64,000 nt of DNA from Elsinoe ampelina (lineage: Eukaryota), in assembly GCA_010093995.1 (NCBI GenBank), contig ML992501.1, forward strand, positions 1 to 64,000, in the 5' to 3' direction. The translations under genes and the position numbers were made by a program. The stretch's first letter is position 1. The number at the start of each line of letters is the position of its first letter. Shown piece by piece: positions 11,425 to 22,200 of this stretch. The notes under the pieces are model-generated. The model saw nothing but the letters and a program-made list of their open reading frames with translations. It had not been told where the DNA came from and searched no databases.

Positions 11425-12707
11425 TTACTATACAGTACTCGTCGGCGAATCATTGAGATAGTGAAGAGTAAATGAAAAGTACAACTTGGCCTGCGTATCG
11501 ATAAGAGCAGCTGATACGAGAAGTCAATGGTGCTGAGTCGTTGATGGACTCTAGAATCTTCTCCTGCAGCTGAGGCAAGTCATGGACATGAGGCAGACCA
11601 GACGATAGAAGACGCTGAAGGGACTGCTAAGCTTCTTGACTCGCGCTGGTGGGAGATGAAGTGTCGATCATGGTGATCCGGGCGCTGATCTGCCTTCCCT
11701 AAACGTGTTCGCCTTGAACTTCAGCTCGGATATGGCCGCTTGCTTTTGACCGACATCGCCAACCACACTCTTCCTTTTTCCGTTACTCCACTTTGTACTT
11801 TGGTCACGCGATAAGCTGTCATGTATTCGTGCAAGCGAGCTGTGCCGGGTCCAGAAGAGGGTGTAATTGCCGGAGTGCTACAAGGGTGTCACAGAGGAAT
11901 AGAGCATGGCATTTCATGGACGCTTCTGTACGGCAAAACGAGGCAGAATCTACTACATCTGAGACCTGCAGCGATCAGCCACACGATGGATCACCATGCC
12001 CCCCTTGAGATAACACCATTGTCCCTGCCAGACGATGTACCAGCAGCCCTGCAGCACGCGATGTAACTCTCGATGCAACTCCAAGCACGGAACATCCCCC
12101 TCTCGAACCGCCGGAGATTTGATAGTCTGGCATGCAGGGGCATAGACTTTAGGACAAGCCCTTCTATCGAATCTTCCTCGACTGGTCAGGAGCGTGCTTC
12201 TATGCGCCAAGCTCGTCGTCCGCCGGACCTGATGCTTTTCGCCCAATATCATTCGCTGGCCATTGCTCGGTACCTGATCTTCAACACCACAACCACGCCC
12301 GGAAACACTGATTAACCTCTGCATTCACCTCACATGCTTATTTTACAGCTGGGGGGATCATCCTTGCCCAGACACACCGTCCATATGCCAAGGCTCCGAA
12401 TATGGGAGGTCGCCACAACACCTGCTGGAATGGATAGTAGCTGCGCTCGACATGCTTCAAAGGCACCATCACGAGACTTTGCACACCATGATAACATGTC
12501 GCGTGCACCCATCTGGCAGAGGAAGCAGTATCGCCGATAACATGGCACCCAGTGGGGTGTCTCACGGGGACTGTGACGGTTGACATGTATAAGTAAGACC
12601 TCGTCGACCCTGACATGTCACTACCAGGCACTGCTTCCATTCTCAGCACTTCCAACAGGTTCACCGGCGACAACCGAGTCTAGACTCCACACGTTCATCA
12701 CTACAGT

Positions 12708-13939
12708 ATGCGTTCAGCACTCATTCTTTCCCTGGCGGCCGCCGCTATTGCTGCACCGACGCCAGCCGAGGACCACTTGGTCCGCCGCGATGTGGCCAAG
12801 ATCATTCCCGGCAAATACATTGTTAAGCTGAAGGCCTCTGCACAAGGCGATGTCGCCAGCTTCATTGGACGGTCCGCTGCTAGCCGTGGCAAGGCCCCAA
12901 CCAGGACCTTCGAGTTTGGAGACTTCAAGGGCTTCGCTGGGTACCTCAGTGATGCGCAAAAGGCCGAGCTCGAGAAGAACCCCGATGTAAGTTTTGAAGC
13001 ATGCATGAACTACCAGCACGCACTGACTTCGGACAGGTCGAGTACATTGAGAACGACGCCACCCTTCCCCTTGCCGCCTTGACCAGCCAGACTGGCGCCA
13101 CCTGGGGTCTCGGCAAGATCAGCCACCGCAGCACCGCAGCCAGCACCACTTACGTCTACGACACCACCGCCGGCGCCAACACCTGCTCCTACGTTGTGGA
13201 CACCGGCATCTACACTGCCCACCCGGACTTTGGCGGACGTGCTGTCCAGGGTGTTAACTATGTCGAGGCCGAGAGCAGCGCCGATCTCCAGGGCCACGGT
13301 ACCCACGTTGCTGGCACCATCGGCTCAAACACCTATGGTGTCGCCAAGCGCACCAAGCTTATCGCCGTCAAGGTCTGCAATCAGTCAGGTGGTTGTGATG
13401 CGTCCGACGTCGTTGCCGGCCTGACCTGGCTCACCCAAGACCGCTCCACACGTGGCTGCTCTGCAGGTTCCACCGCCAACTTGTCCCTCGGCTCCACCCA
13501 GACCTCGTGGCAAGCTGTCCGTGACGCCGTCACCACCGCCACTGCCAACGGTGTCTTTGTCGCCGTCGCTGCTGGTAACTCCAACATCAACGCCGCCAAC
13601 ACCTACCCCGCCTCCTCCCCCAACGCCTGCACCGTCGGCTCCGTCGACTCTGCCAACGCCCGCTCCTCCTTCTCCAACTACGGCGCCGTAGTCGATGTCT
13701 TCGCCCCTGGTTCGGCCGTCATCTCCCTCGCCAACTCTGGCTCCGGCACCCGCTCCCTCTCCGGTACCTCGATGGCCTCTCCACACATTGCCGGTCTCGG
13801 TGCCTACCTCCTCGCTCTCGAGGGTGCCCGTGACCCGGTTGCTCTCTGCGACCGCATCAAGGCTCTTGCCACCACCAACGCCATCAGCGGTGTCCCATCT
13901 GGCACTGCCAACCGTCTTGCCTACAACGGTGCCGCATAG
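12708..13939 (+). CDS. Secreted subtilisin-like serine protease (S8, proteinase K subfamily) with I9 propeptide (intron 12987-13036)
   Basis: Signal peptide and IPGKYIVKLK propeptide. Catalytic motifs VVDTG, HGTHVAGT and GTSMASPH. Confidence 0.96.
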
Positions 13940-14754
13940 AGGACATGATTGAAGACAGCATCAAGGCGTACGGTGGAGCGTAAAGTTCACTGAAGATATT
14001 GGTTGCATACCTGTACATATCAGGATAGCATGGATTGGCCCAGTCCCTTGTATATACGGGCAAAAAGCAAAATTGCACATATTTTGGACATTACTCCCAG
14101 CTCTTTTCCTTGTGATGATCTTCACCATGACCTGCTCAACGCAACACCTTTGGCTGCCTCCTCGGATCATACCCAATCCCCTTGCCTTGATCCAACACCA
14201 GTCCCTCCCTCGCCCAGACAGCAAAACTATTCGCCAGCTCAATCTTCCCCGCCGCCCTCTCAAACACCTTCTTCTGCAACCCCCCTCACCGCTGCCTGAC
14301 CCCCTCTACTCTTCAAAAACACCTTGTACGTCAACGCATGCAATCCCAATCCGCAGCTCGTCTTGATGAAGGACATTGTGAACGCAGGTGGTTCAACCAC
14401 AGAGGAGAATCAGGTGAATGTGTAGCTTACTTGGCCTGTACCCTATAGATTGTGCACGGCGTTCGGTAATTCCGCTTACGCATAGTCAACCACGGACGTT
14501 CGGCGTCAAAGGCCAGAAAATGCCGATAGTTCATGCGGAGGAGTATGAGGGATCGGGCGAATGTGGAGAGCTTTTGTGTTGCCCTTGATTGAACGCCACC
14601 ATCCATGAAGCAACAGCCGGGAACAATTGTGGGGGGTAGCGATCAAAGGATGGGATAGATTCTTTACCAGACAGGTAATGAAAGTAGTGAGAAAGCTTTT
14701 TTGATACGTACAAAATTATGTGGTCGTCATTCGTGAGGGTATCTCGCTCTTAAA

Positions 14755-17700
14755 TCAGTAACCTGGCGCCGTTGTGCGACTCGTGACTGGTAGCAAATGT
14801 CCTCCGTTAGCCCACACCGACTCACGCCTGTAACGACTGACGTTGCTATATGCAGACTTGACACTCTGCATCTCGACACTCTTCCTGTATTGCTCCTCGC
14901 TGGTGACTTGGACACGAGGGGTATCCTGTCTCGGTCTCCGCTCCCAGACATGGCGGAGCATTCGCCTCCAAGCATCCCCCAAGTCGTCGAGAGACAAAGC
15001 AATGGCAATCATAGGGATGGAGATGGCAAACCCGATGCCGAATATGTATTTGAAGACGTAGCCCATAGGCAGTCCCCAATCGTTCTGTGGATCTCGTGGC
15101 AGATCGCGGATATTGATGGTGAAGATGCCGGCAATGAAGCTTAGTGGCAGGAAGACGATGGTGACAATGGTAAAGACCATGATAGTCTGGCTCTGTTTGG
15201 CAGTGCCAGCGGCTTGATCTCTGGCGAATCTGGCCTCGAAGGCGTTGGCATGCTTCTGCTTCAGGTCCAGCAGATTGGTGATGGAATCGTATATACGAGC
15301 AGCCTGCTTGTCCATACGATCGAGATCTTTGACGGTCATATCGATGGCCCGGACCTGATCCCTGACACGGCGCTTGACTTCCTGCTGATTCCGCTGCTCG
15401 TCAAGGTAGATCTCGCAGATGGCTTTGCCCATGTCGTCTAGGATATGCTTTTGATCATCCAAGACCTTGTTGATCATGTTGATCTCGTCACGAATATCCT
15501 TGGACTCTGCTAGCAGGTCCGTCTCCTTTCCAATGTCTAACAGTTGGTCGACAAACATTGGGTCGGTCCTTCGGTCATCATCAAACTCGAATTTTGCATC
15601 GTGACCATTGGGTGAGGTACGATTATGCCATTTCTGTTCATGTTCTTTTGCCCTGGTAGTGCTTTCAAGGTTTTTGCTGAACCTGTTCGGTTTGCGGTGA
15701 TTTAGTAGCCAGTCTGAAGCTGAACGTGAAGCGTCGTTGAATTCGGTGAACAGGTTGGTTTCCCGATCTGTAGCATTGCCTATGCTAGACTCAAACATGT
15801 CCAGGAACTGATAGTCGCCATCTCCGAGTCTGTGCCTGTCGAACACTCCCGTACAGCGTGCTGTGATAGTGAGAGCCAGATCATATACCGACTTGATCGG
15901 ATCGCGGGTCTTGCAGTTTACGTCTTCGATGATCCCGTCAAGCACGTTCAATGGATCGTTACGAGGCTGATTCCATCGTTGCGGAAAGCAGGTGACTACC
16001 AGATCTTTTCCAAGAACCCATAGCCACAGTTGATCGACCATGAATATCTTTGGATCGCAGGTGTGACTTGACCCTTGGTTAGTGTACTGATAGCGATATA
16101 CCACTTGATCTTCGTCTCGCGAATCTGTGTCGATATTGTGATAGAAGAATTGATCCAGGGTACGGCGGACGTGTAGGGACGTCGAAGAACCAGTAACGTG
16201 AGCTCTGATGAGCATCTCATCAGAAGTGAGCTTCCGACCATGATGATCAGTATTGATCTTGGATTTGGCTTTGCAAATGGCTTCTTGCATTTGCCGTCGC
16301 GCGGAAGAGGTTTCGAAATGCAGGAAAGGAGCGAAACAGAAAAGATTGCTGCGCGGCTGAGTCTCGACAGGCTTGAGGCCAAATGGCGATTTGGGTCTAG
16401 TAGGCGTGGGAGTATCAATCGGTGCCCAAGGCTTCTTCATTTGGCTGAGTTTGGGCGTGCTTTGACCATCTTTGCTGGAAGCCTTCTTGTTCATCTGTGG
16501 GCGAGTATTTGCTTTCCGGGGCTTTCGTCGTGTTGAATCGCTACTATCTTTTGACGGACCGCCCCTCTCGTTGATACCGTCAATTGCAGAAGTGATCGTG
16601 GTTGCGTCACTAGAAACAGCCGTAGCACCAGTCATAGCTCTCTCAAGCTTCGCTACAGGAGTCGGCTCTTCGGCATTGCTACCAGCACTACTTTCATCCA
16701 GCTTTGAGAACGGCACTGCTCTCGGAGTGGTCTGGCACATGGGCCGCATGAAATGGGAGTGCACCTTCAAACCTCGATGCTGGTTTGAGAATGACTTCTC
16801 GATGGCCTTGAATCCATCGACGTCATGATTGCCCTCTTCGACGAAGCACTTTGCCATTAATGCCTCCACCCAAGCAATGTTGTTTGCTGGTAGGTGAATC
16901 CATCGAAAATTGGTCGGCTTGCAATTGGTGGGCAGGGCTTCGAAGGCTGCCTTGCGAGGGTTGTCCACAGCTCTTCCGTAGAGCAGCTCGTACATGGAGA
17001 TGCGCTTGACTTGGTTGCCATTCTTGTAATTGCCAAAGTCCGTGACTGTCGCAAAGAATCCTTGACAGGCACCAAGAGCATCGTAGGACAGAGAATCGCT
17101 GTGATTGCAAGGAGCCAGGAGGTCCACGCACGCTGAGTGCTTCTGCTGAGCGGCGAGCAAGAAGGCCGTGAAACCAAAAGAGTCTCGGGCGACGCGGCGG
17201 ATGCCTGGCTCACCCAGCAGGATCTTGAGGACTTCCTCGTGACCGGACTCTGCAGCCGCATGAAGCGGAGTCCTACCAGAGAAGAGTCTCGCATTGACGT
17301 CTGCGCCAGCTCTGAGCAGCGTCTTGACAATTGTGGTGTTGCCTTGAGCGCAAGCATTGTGCAGAGCCGTCCAGCCACCTGTGCTCTTTGCCTGTATATC
17401 GGCACCGGATTCGAGGAGCAAATCAACCAAGTCGTCCCTGTTGTGAATGACCGCCATATGCAACGGTGTCTTTTGGCCTCGCTCGATAGCATTGACATTG
17501 GCACGTGGGGATAGTTGTCTGTACAGAAGCTTCTGTGCGAGGACCATCTTGCCAGTCGCACAGCACCAATGTAGGGGAGTGCGCATAAGCTCATCTTGCA
17601 GATCTGGGCCTTCCAAGGAGACGTCGGTGTTTAGCAGGAGGTCGATGACTTCCTGACCCCAGTCGCATTGTTTGTCCGCAGCGAGGTTGTGTAGTACGGT

Positions 17701-18165
17701 GCGGCCCCGGGCGTCTCTTGCATTCACATCAGCTCCTGAGCTTAAGAGCAATTGTAGGATGTGGTAGTGATTCTTCCATGCCGCTGTCATGAGCGCTGTC
17801 CGACCCTTCTTGTCCTTCTCATTTTTGTTGACTGGGTTGACCCTATTTTCCAGCAGGACCTTGACAATGCCAATGTGATTGCGCTCCACGGCTCGCATGA
17901 GGGGGCCGACTCTGTTTCCATACCCGTCTGGCCTGGCTCCTTGCTTGAGAAGGAAGATGGTGGCATTGAGCTTGCCTTTCTCTGCTCCTTTCATCAAACC
18001 AATCTTGAGTAAATTGTCGATGGGCTGGCCGTTCTGCTTTGCAAAATCCAGGAGGTCTTGCAGACCAGACACGCTGTTCTCCTCGACGCAACGGATGAAG
18101 CTGGGCTCGAGTCGTCGTTCGTTGTCGCCGGTTCCATCGCTACCACGCGACCGGTCTCGAGGCAT
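14755..18165 (-). CDS. Ankyrin-repeat protein with C-terminal CorA-like two-helix membrane domain
   Basis: Multiple ANK motifs (GRTALMTAA, TPLHMAV, GWTALHNAC, GRTPLHAAA). Central WIHLPANN / RRTLDQFFY / MVDQLWLW segment. TM segment FTIVTIVFLPLSFIAGIF. Confidence 0.85.
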   Translation of the reverse strand: MPRDRSRGSDGTGDNERRLEPSFIRCVEENSVSGLQDLLDFAKQNGQPIDNLLKIGLMKGAEKGKLNATIFLLKQGARPDGYGNRVGPLMRAVERNHIGIVKVLLENRVNPVNKNEKDKKGRTALMTAAWKNHYHILQLLLSSGADVNARDARGRTVLHNLAADKQCDWGQEVIDLLLNTDVSLEGPDLQDELMRTPLHWCCATGKMVLAQKLLYRQLSPRANVNAIERGQKTPLHMAVIHNRDDLVDLLLESGADIQAKSTGGWTALHNACAQGNTTIVKTLLRAGADVNARLFSGRTPLHAAAESGHEEVLKILLGEPGIRRVARDSFGFTAFLLAAQQKHSACVDLLAPCNHSDSLSYDALGACQGFFATVTDFGNYKNGNQVKRISMYELLYGRAVDNPRKAAFEALPTNCKPTNFRWIHLPANNIAWVEALMAKCFVEEGNHDVDGFKAIEKSFSNQHRGLKVHSHFMRPMCQTTPRAVPFSKLDESSAGSNAEEPTPVAKLERAMTGATAVSSDATTITSAIDGINERGGPSKDSSDSTRRKPRKANTRPQMNKKASSKDGQSTPKLSQMKKPWAPIDTPTPTRPKSPFGLKPVETQPRSNLFCFAPFLHFETSSARRQMQEAICKAKSKINTDHHGRKLTSDEMLIRAHVTGSSTSLHVRRTLDQFFYHNIDTDSRDEDQVVYRYQYTNQGSSHTCDPKIFMVDQLWLWVLGKDLVVTCFPQRWNQPRNDPLNVLDGIIEDVNCKTRDPIKSVYDLALTITARCTGVFDRHRLGDGDYQFLDMFESSIGNATDRETNLFTEFNDASRSASDWLLNHRKPNRFSKNLESTTRAKEHEQKWHNRTSPNGHDAKFEFDDDRRTDPMFVDQLLDIGKETDLLAESKDIRDEINMINKVLDDQKHILDDMGKAICEIYLDEQRNQQEVKRRVRDQVRAIDMTVKDLDRMDKQAARIYDSITNLLDLKQKHANAFEARFARDQAAGTAKQSQTIMVFTIVTIVFLPLSFIAGIFTINIRDLPRDPQNDWGLPMGYVFKYIFGIGFAISIPMIAIALSLDDLGDAWRRMLRHVWERRPRQDTPRVQVTSEEQYRKSVEMQSVKSAYSNVSRYRRESVWANGGHLLPVTSRTTAPGY

Positions 18166-19037
18166 CCTCACCGATGTGTTGTGTGCTCACGACCTCGGAT
18201 GGTCCATTTCGAGGCTTCGCTTAGTTCAGCGCCTAACGGAGTTGCTGTGATTTACGTGTCGTGCGCTTTGGTTGATACCACAAGCGATCACGATACAGGG
18301 TCCTGATGTGCTGGATGCTGCCAAACGAGTGACTTTGAACGACTCGGTAAGATTGGCAGAATCGAAGAATACTACCTCGGCGGTCTGGCCATGCTGACAT
18401 ACGGAGGAGAGACTTACCCAAAATTGATCGTGTGGCACAGACGGATGAGAGAATCAGCCACAAGCCGAAGACGAGCATCAGAGGGTCTTGAACCTCTTTC
18501 AATCAATATCCACGACGAGGGTCTTGTTTTCGTTCCTTTCGTTGCTTGTTCTCCCCTCGAACCCCCGGCTGGAAGACGTGCCGGTGCTAATCCATATCAA
18601 GAAGGCAGAACCAGTTTTGATTTCTCTGCTGCAACCACTCTTCGGCCAAGTCCTATCAGATAACCACGTTTGTCTGATCAGTCATTCGTTGGTCGCGTGC
18701 TGCTGCGATTCGTCCATGTAGCGCCTGTACCTGATTTGCGCGACGAGTGAATATCACCGCTCCTGACCGACTGACTGGACAACGTGATCATGCCCGTCAA
18801 CTTTAGCGACATGTTGATCGAGAGAATCAGGTAGGTGATGCTCGTTTCATATCTTGTTATGCTTTTAGCCCTGGCACTACCACATCTCGCTTGGATGATC
18901 ATGCCCGAAACATGCTTGAGCCACTACTCGCCAAGTGAGTATAAAACCACACAAGACCTGCATCCCAAAACCGTGATGGACACACCAACGCCAGGCACAA
19001 TCAGATAGCCAATCGCCCCACCGCCACACTAGCCAAG

Positions 19038-20039
19038 ATGCGTACCGCCGCACTCCTTCCCCTGGCCCTGACCAGCATCCCCACCGTCTCCGCCTGGGGA
19101 GCTCTCGGTCACTCCACTGTTGCATTCATCGCCCAGAACCTTGTCGCCCCCCAGACCGCCACCTGGGCCAAGAACATCCTCGGCGTCACTACCAGCACCT
19201 ACCTCGTCGACGTCTCCTCGTGGGCCGATAGCTACCGTTCCCAGGCAGGCGGTGGCTTCACCTCGCCCTTCCACTACATCGACGCCCAGGACTCGCCCCC
19301 CAAAACCTGCAATGTAGACTACAACCGCGACTGCACCTCCTCCGGTTGCGTCGTCTCGGCCATCGCCAACTACACCCGCCGCGTGACCACCACGTCCCTC
19401 AGCAAGACAGAGCGCGACTACGCCCTGCGCTTCATCGTGCACTTCCTCGGCGACGTGCACCAGCCTCTGCACAACGAGAATTACGCCCTCGGCGGCAACG
19501 ACGTGGACGTCACCTTCGCCGGCGCGGACAGGAACCTGCACGGGATCTGGGACACGCAAATCCCCGAGCGGCTCCGGGGAGCATCCTACACTGTCGCCGA
19601 AGCCAAGGCGTGGGCTGCCGAGTTGACCACGGATATCAAGAGCGGTGCTTACGCGAGCAGTGCCGCAGGCTGGAAGACTGTCAACACCAAGGATGCTGTC
19701 AACCAGGCCCTCAAGTGGTCCAACGAAGCCAACGATTACGTCTGCACTGTCGTCGCGCCAAAGGGGTGGACTGCCGTGCAGAGCGGAGACTTGGCCACCA
19801 ACGGGTACTATGCCTCGGTCACATCGACCATTGAGCTCCAGATTGCCAGGGCTGGTGTCAGGCTAGCGGCATGGTTGGATCAGTTGTCGGGAGCAGCGAC
19901 CTCGGCGAAGAGGGACGAGACGCCGTTCGATTTGCAGGGCAGGGATCTTTTGCCCCCTACGAGCAGAGTCACGAGGGCGCAGTTGGCCAGGAGGGCTGCT
20001 GGTGCTGGTTGTGGATGCGGCGAGCACGCTCACGAGTAA
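19038..20039 (+). CDS. Secreted S1/P1 nuclease
   Basis: Signal peptide followed by mature N-terminus WGALGH. Zinc-binding motifs WAD, HYID, HFLGDVHQPLH and NLHGIWD. Confidence 0.96.
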   Translation: MRTAALLPLALTSIPTVSAWGALGHSTVAFIAQNLVAPQTATWAKNILGVTTSTYLVDVSSWADSYRSQAGGGFTSPFHYIDAQDSPPKTCNVDYNRDCTSSGCVVSAIANYTRRVTTTSLSKTERDYALRFIVHFLGDVHQPLHNENYALGGNDVDVTFAGADRNLHGIWDTQIPERLRGASYTVAEAKAWAAELTTDIKSGAYASSAAGWKTVNTKDAVNQALKWSNEANDYVCTVVAPKGWTAVQSGDLATNGYYASVTSTIELQIARAGVRLAAWLDQLSGAATSAKRDETPFDLQGRDLLPPTSRVTRAQLARRAAGAGCGCGEHAHE

Positions 20040-20146
20040 GTGCTGGTAGTGATGATGAGTGAGATGATAGTGATGAAGATGATGTCAAGCTTCCATATAT
20101 TCTTACCTAGCTGTTGTACACAAAAGTAAGGTATCTGATGAGAAGT

Positions 20147-21214
20147 CTACAAGATATCCTCCGGCTTGACTACAACCCAACTCTGATTTGCTGTTGCTCC
20201 AATCCCATTCTCCACTTGACCTCTCGCTGCATCTTGATATAGCTCCTGCAGTTCCTCGTAGTAAGCTTCCCTGCGGTTGATCCATAGATGCACACCACCT
20301 TCGGTTGTGTTGACACCTTGGAACAACATGTATGTGTCACTGCCAGGCGTGTCTCCCGCTACAAGCACGGGCTTCTTCCACTCGTCAATGTACTCGAGTA
20401 TAGCAGCCCACTTGCCACTGAACCACGTAAGAGGACTCCACAGGTACGGCGTCAACACAAGGTCAAGGTTGGCTTCGGCATCGTATGTGCCCTCCTTGAC
20501 TTGCTTCCTCGCGGTGGTGAGTGTGCCGTTCTCGGAGCGCAACAACATCGAAACACCAATGACGTTCTCGGGAGGCACATTGTAGCCGTACTTGGGATCC
20601 GAGGCGACCATGCGGACGATTTCCTCGTTGGCGGCTGTGATGACGTAGACGGAGATGTTGGCTGCCTGTAGCGCGGTGTAAAGCTGGACTTGGCCTGTGT
20701 AGAGGCGCGGTGGCGAGACCGAGATGGGCGTCACGACATCACCTACGAGGTAGGTTGTATTGATTGGCGCTGGCAGGGCCATGAGCTCGTCGACGTATGT
20801 CTTCAATTCGCGCAGGGAGAAGCCAGCGAATGACTGAGCGATCCATGGGTAGCAGACGTAGTCGTCAATCTCGCAAAGACGGTTGTAGTAGCTGTAGAGG
20901 GATTCGGTGTAGTTTGCCGTATCTTTGAAGGGGACCAGCTTGAGAGATGGGTCCAAATTGGAGCGGTTGAGGATACCTCGAGTAGATAGATATGCCAGCA
21001 AAGATTCAGTCAAGTCGTAGCGGTAGCTCGTGTTGTCCATGTCAAAGGCGGCATAGTTGGACGAGTTCGCCTTTCTGTTGATGAGGTTTGTCAATGTTGC
21101 TCTCGCACCACTCGGCCAGGCGGAGAGGTCGGAGGAGCCATTGTATGCTTGAGCGGCGGTAGAGCCAGCAAACGACGAGGCGAACGCAATCGACACCAGT
21201 TTGAAGTACTTCAT
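20147..21214 (-). CDS. Secreted HAD-family phosphatase, phosphorylcholine phosphatase (PchP)-like
   Basis: Signal peptide MKYFKLVSIAFASSFAGSTAA. HAD motif I FDMDNT and motif GDTPGSD. Intronless. Confidence 0.85.
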   Translation of the reverse strand: MKYFKLVSIAFASSFAGSTAAQAYNGSSDLSAWPSGARATLTNLINRKANSSNYAAFDMDNTSYRYDLTESLLAYLSTRGILNRSNLDPSLKLVPFKDTANYTESLYSYYNRLCEIDDYVCYPWIAQSFAGFSLRELKTYVDELMALPAPINTTYLVGDVVTPISVSPPRLYTGQVQLYTALQAANISVYVITAANEEIVRMVASDPKYGYNVPPENVIGVSMLLRSENGTLTTARKQVKEGTYDAEANLDLVLTPYLWSPLTWFSGKWAAILEYIDEWKKPVLVAGDTPGSDTYMLFQGVNTTEGGVHLWINRREAYYEELQELYQDAARGQVENGIGATANQSWVVVKPEDIL

Positions 21215-22200
21215 GCTGAATGAAATTGTGCAAAGCAAGAAAATTTGTTGCTATTGAACAGCAGCTTGTTTATACTTATCCCAACGTGAAAAGCCACTGA
21301 TCGACCACGAAAATTTGACGTAGTGATCGTCCCGGTATCGTTCAGGGTGGATAGCCGTGAAAAGGCAGATAGATACCGGAGGATCCGAGCAACCTTGATA
21401 AGGTGACCGAGAAAACTCACCTTGATGGAGAGACTTATTCTCAGCAAAGATGCAGTCAACTCAGACTTCTTGATGTTGGTATGTGGAAGAGTAGACTCAT
21501 GCAGAACAACTGGAAGGGATGACCGACATGAGGTACAGTACTGTACCTTTGGTGAATGACTCGTGATGATTCGTGCGCAGGGATCGCATGAATAATGAAT
21601 GACCCACGGCTTTTGCATCGGGGAATGGGGCCGACGACAAGTACTTGGCTGCTGCTCAAGCTTCTTGCATCTCCGTTCATTCTACCTTCACAAGGTCGCC
21701 TCTTCTTGATATCTCTGGCCCCGACAGTGTTCCTTCCATGATCTTGCCTTGACGATCAGCCTCATCAAACAATCCTCAAATGGCAACCCAAGTGTCCGTC
21801 CAGGCCAGGAGAGGCTCCTCTTTGTTCAAAGTGTCTGGTAGGTCCTTGGCCTCAATTTGCTATATATGATCACCGGATCGTCCGACTTGGCATCACGTCT
21901 GAATGGTAGTCAGGGCAAGCATGATCGCCGACATGCCAATCAGAGGGATGCCAATGTCCGAAGCCCTTGTCTCAAACAACCACATCTGGGAAGCAATATT
22001 GAGGGGTGTATTCTGTCGCGTGGAACCGGGCATTTTCTGCTTGCGCCTGCAGACAGTATTGAGGGAGAGGGTGGTGTGGTCTTAGGGCTGTCAGCTAGGC
22101 GGATGAGATATATCAGGCCGTCTATCGCACCTCGCAATGCATTCATCCACTGTTCCCTCTTCTTGACATCCAGATCAAGCTCCTATTCTACAGTATCAAG

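Noticed and set aside
11500..12700. Several 70-120 aa ORFs upstream of the subtilisin
   Set aside because: No coherent codon bias, domain or intron chain. Treated as intergenic.
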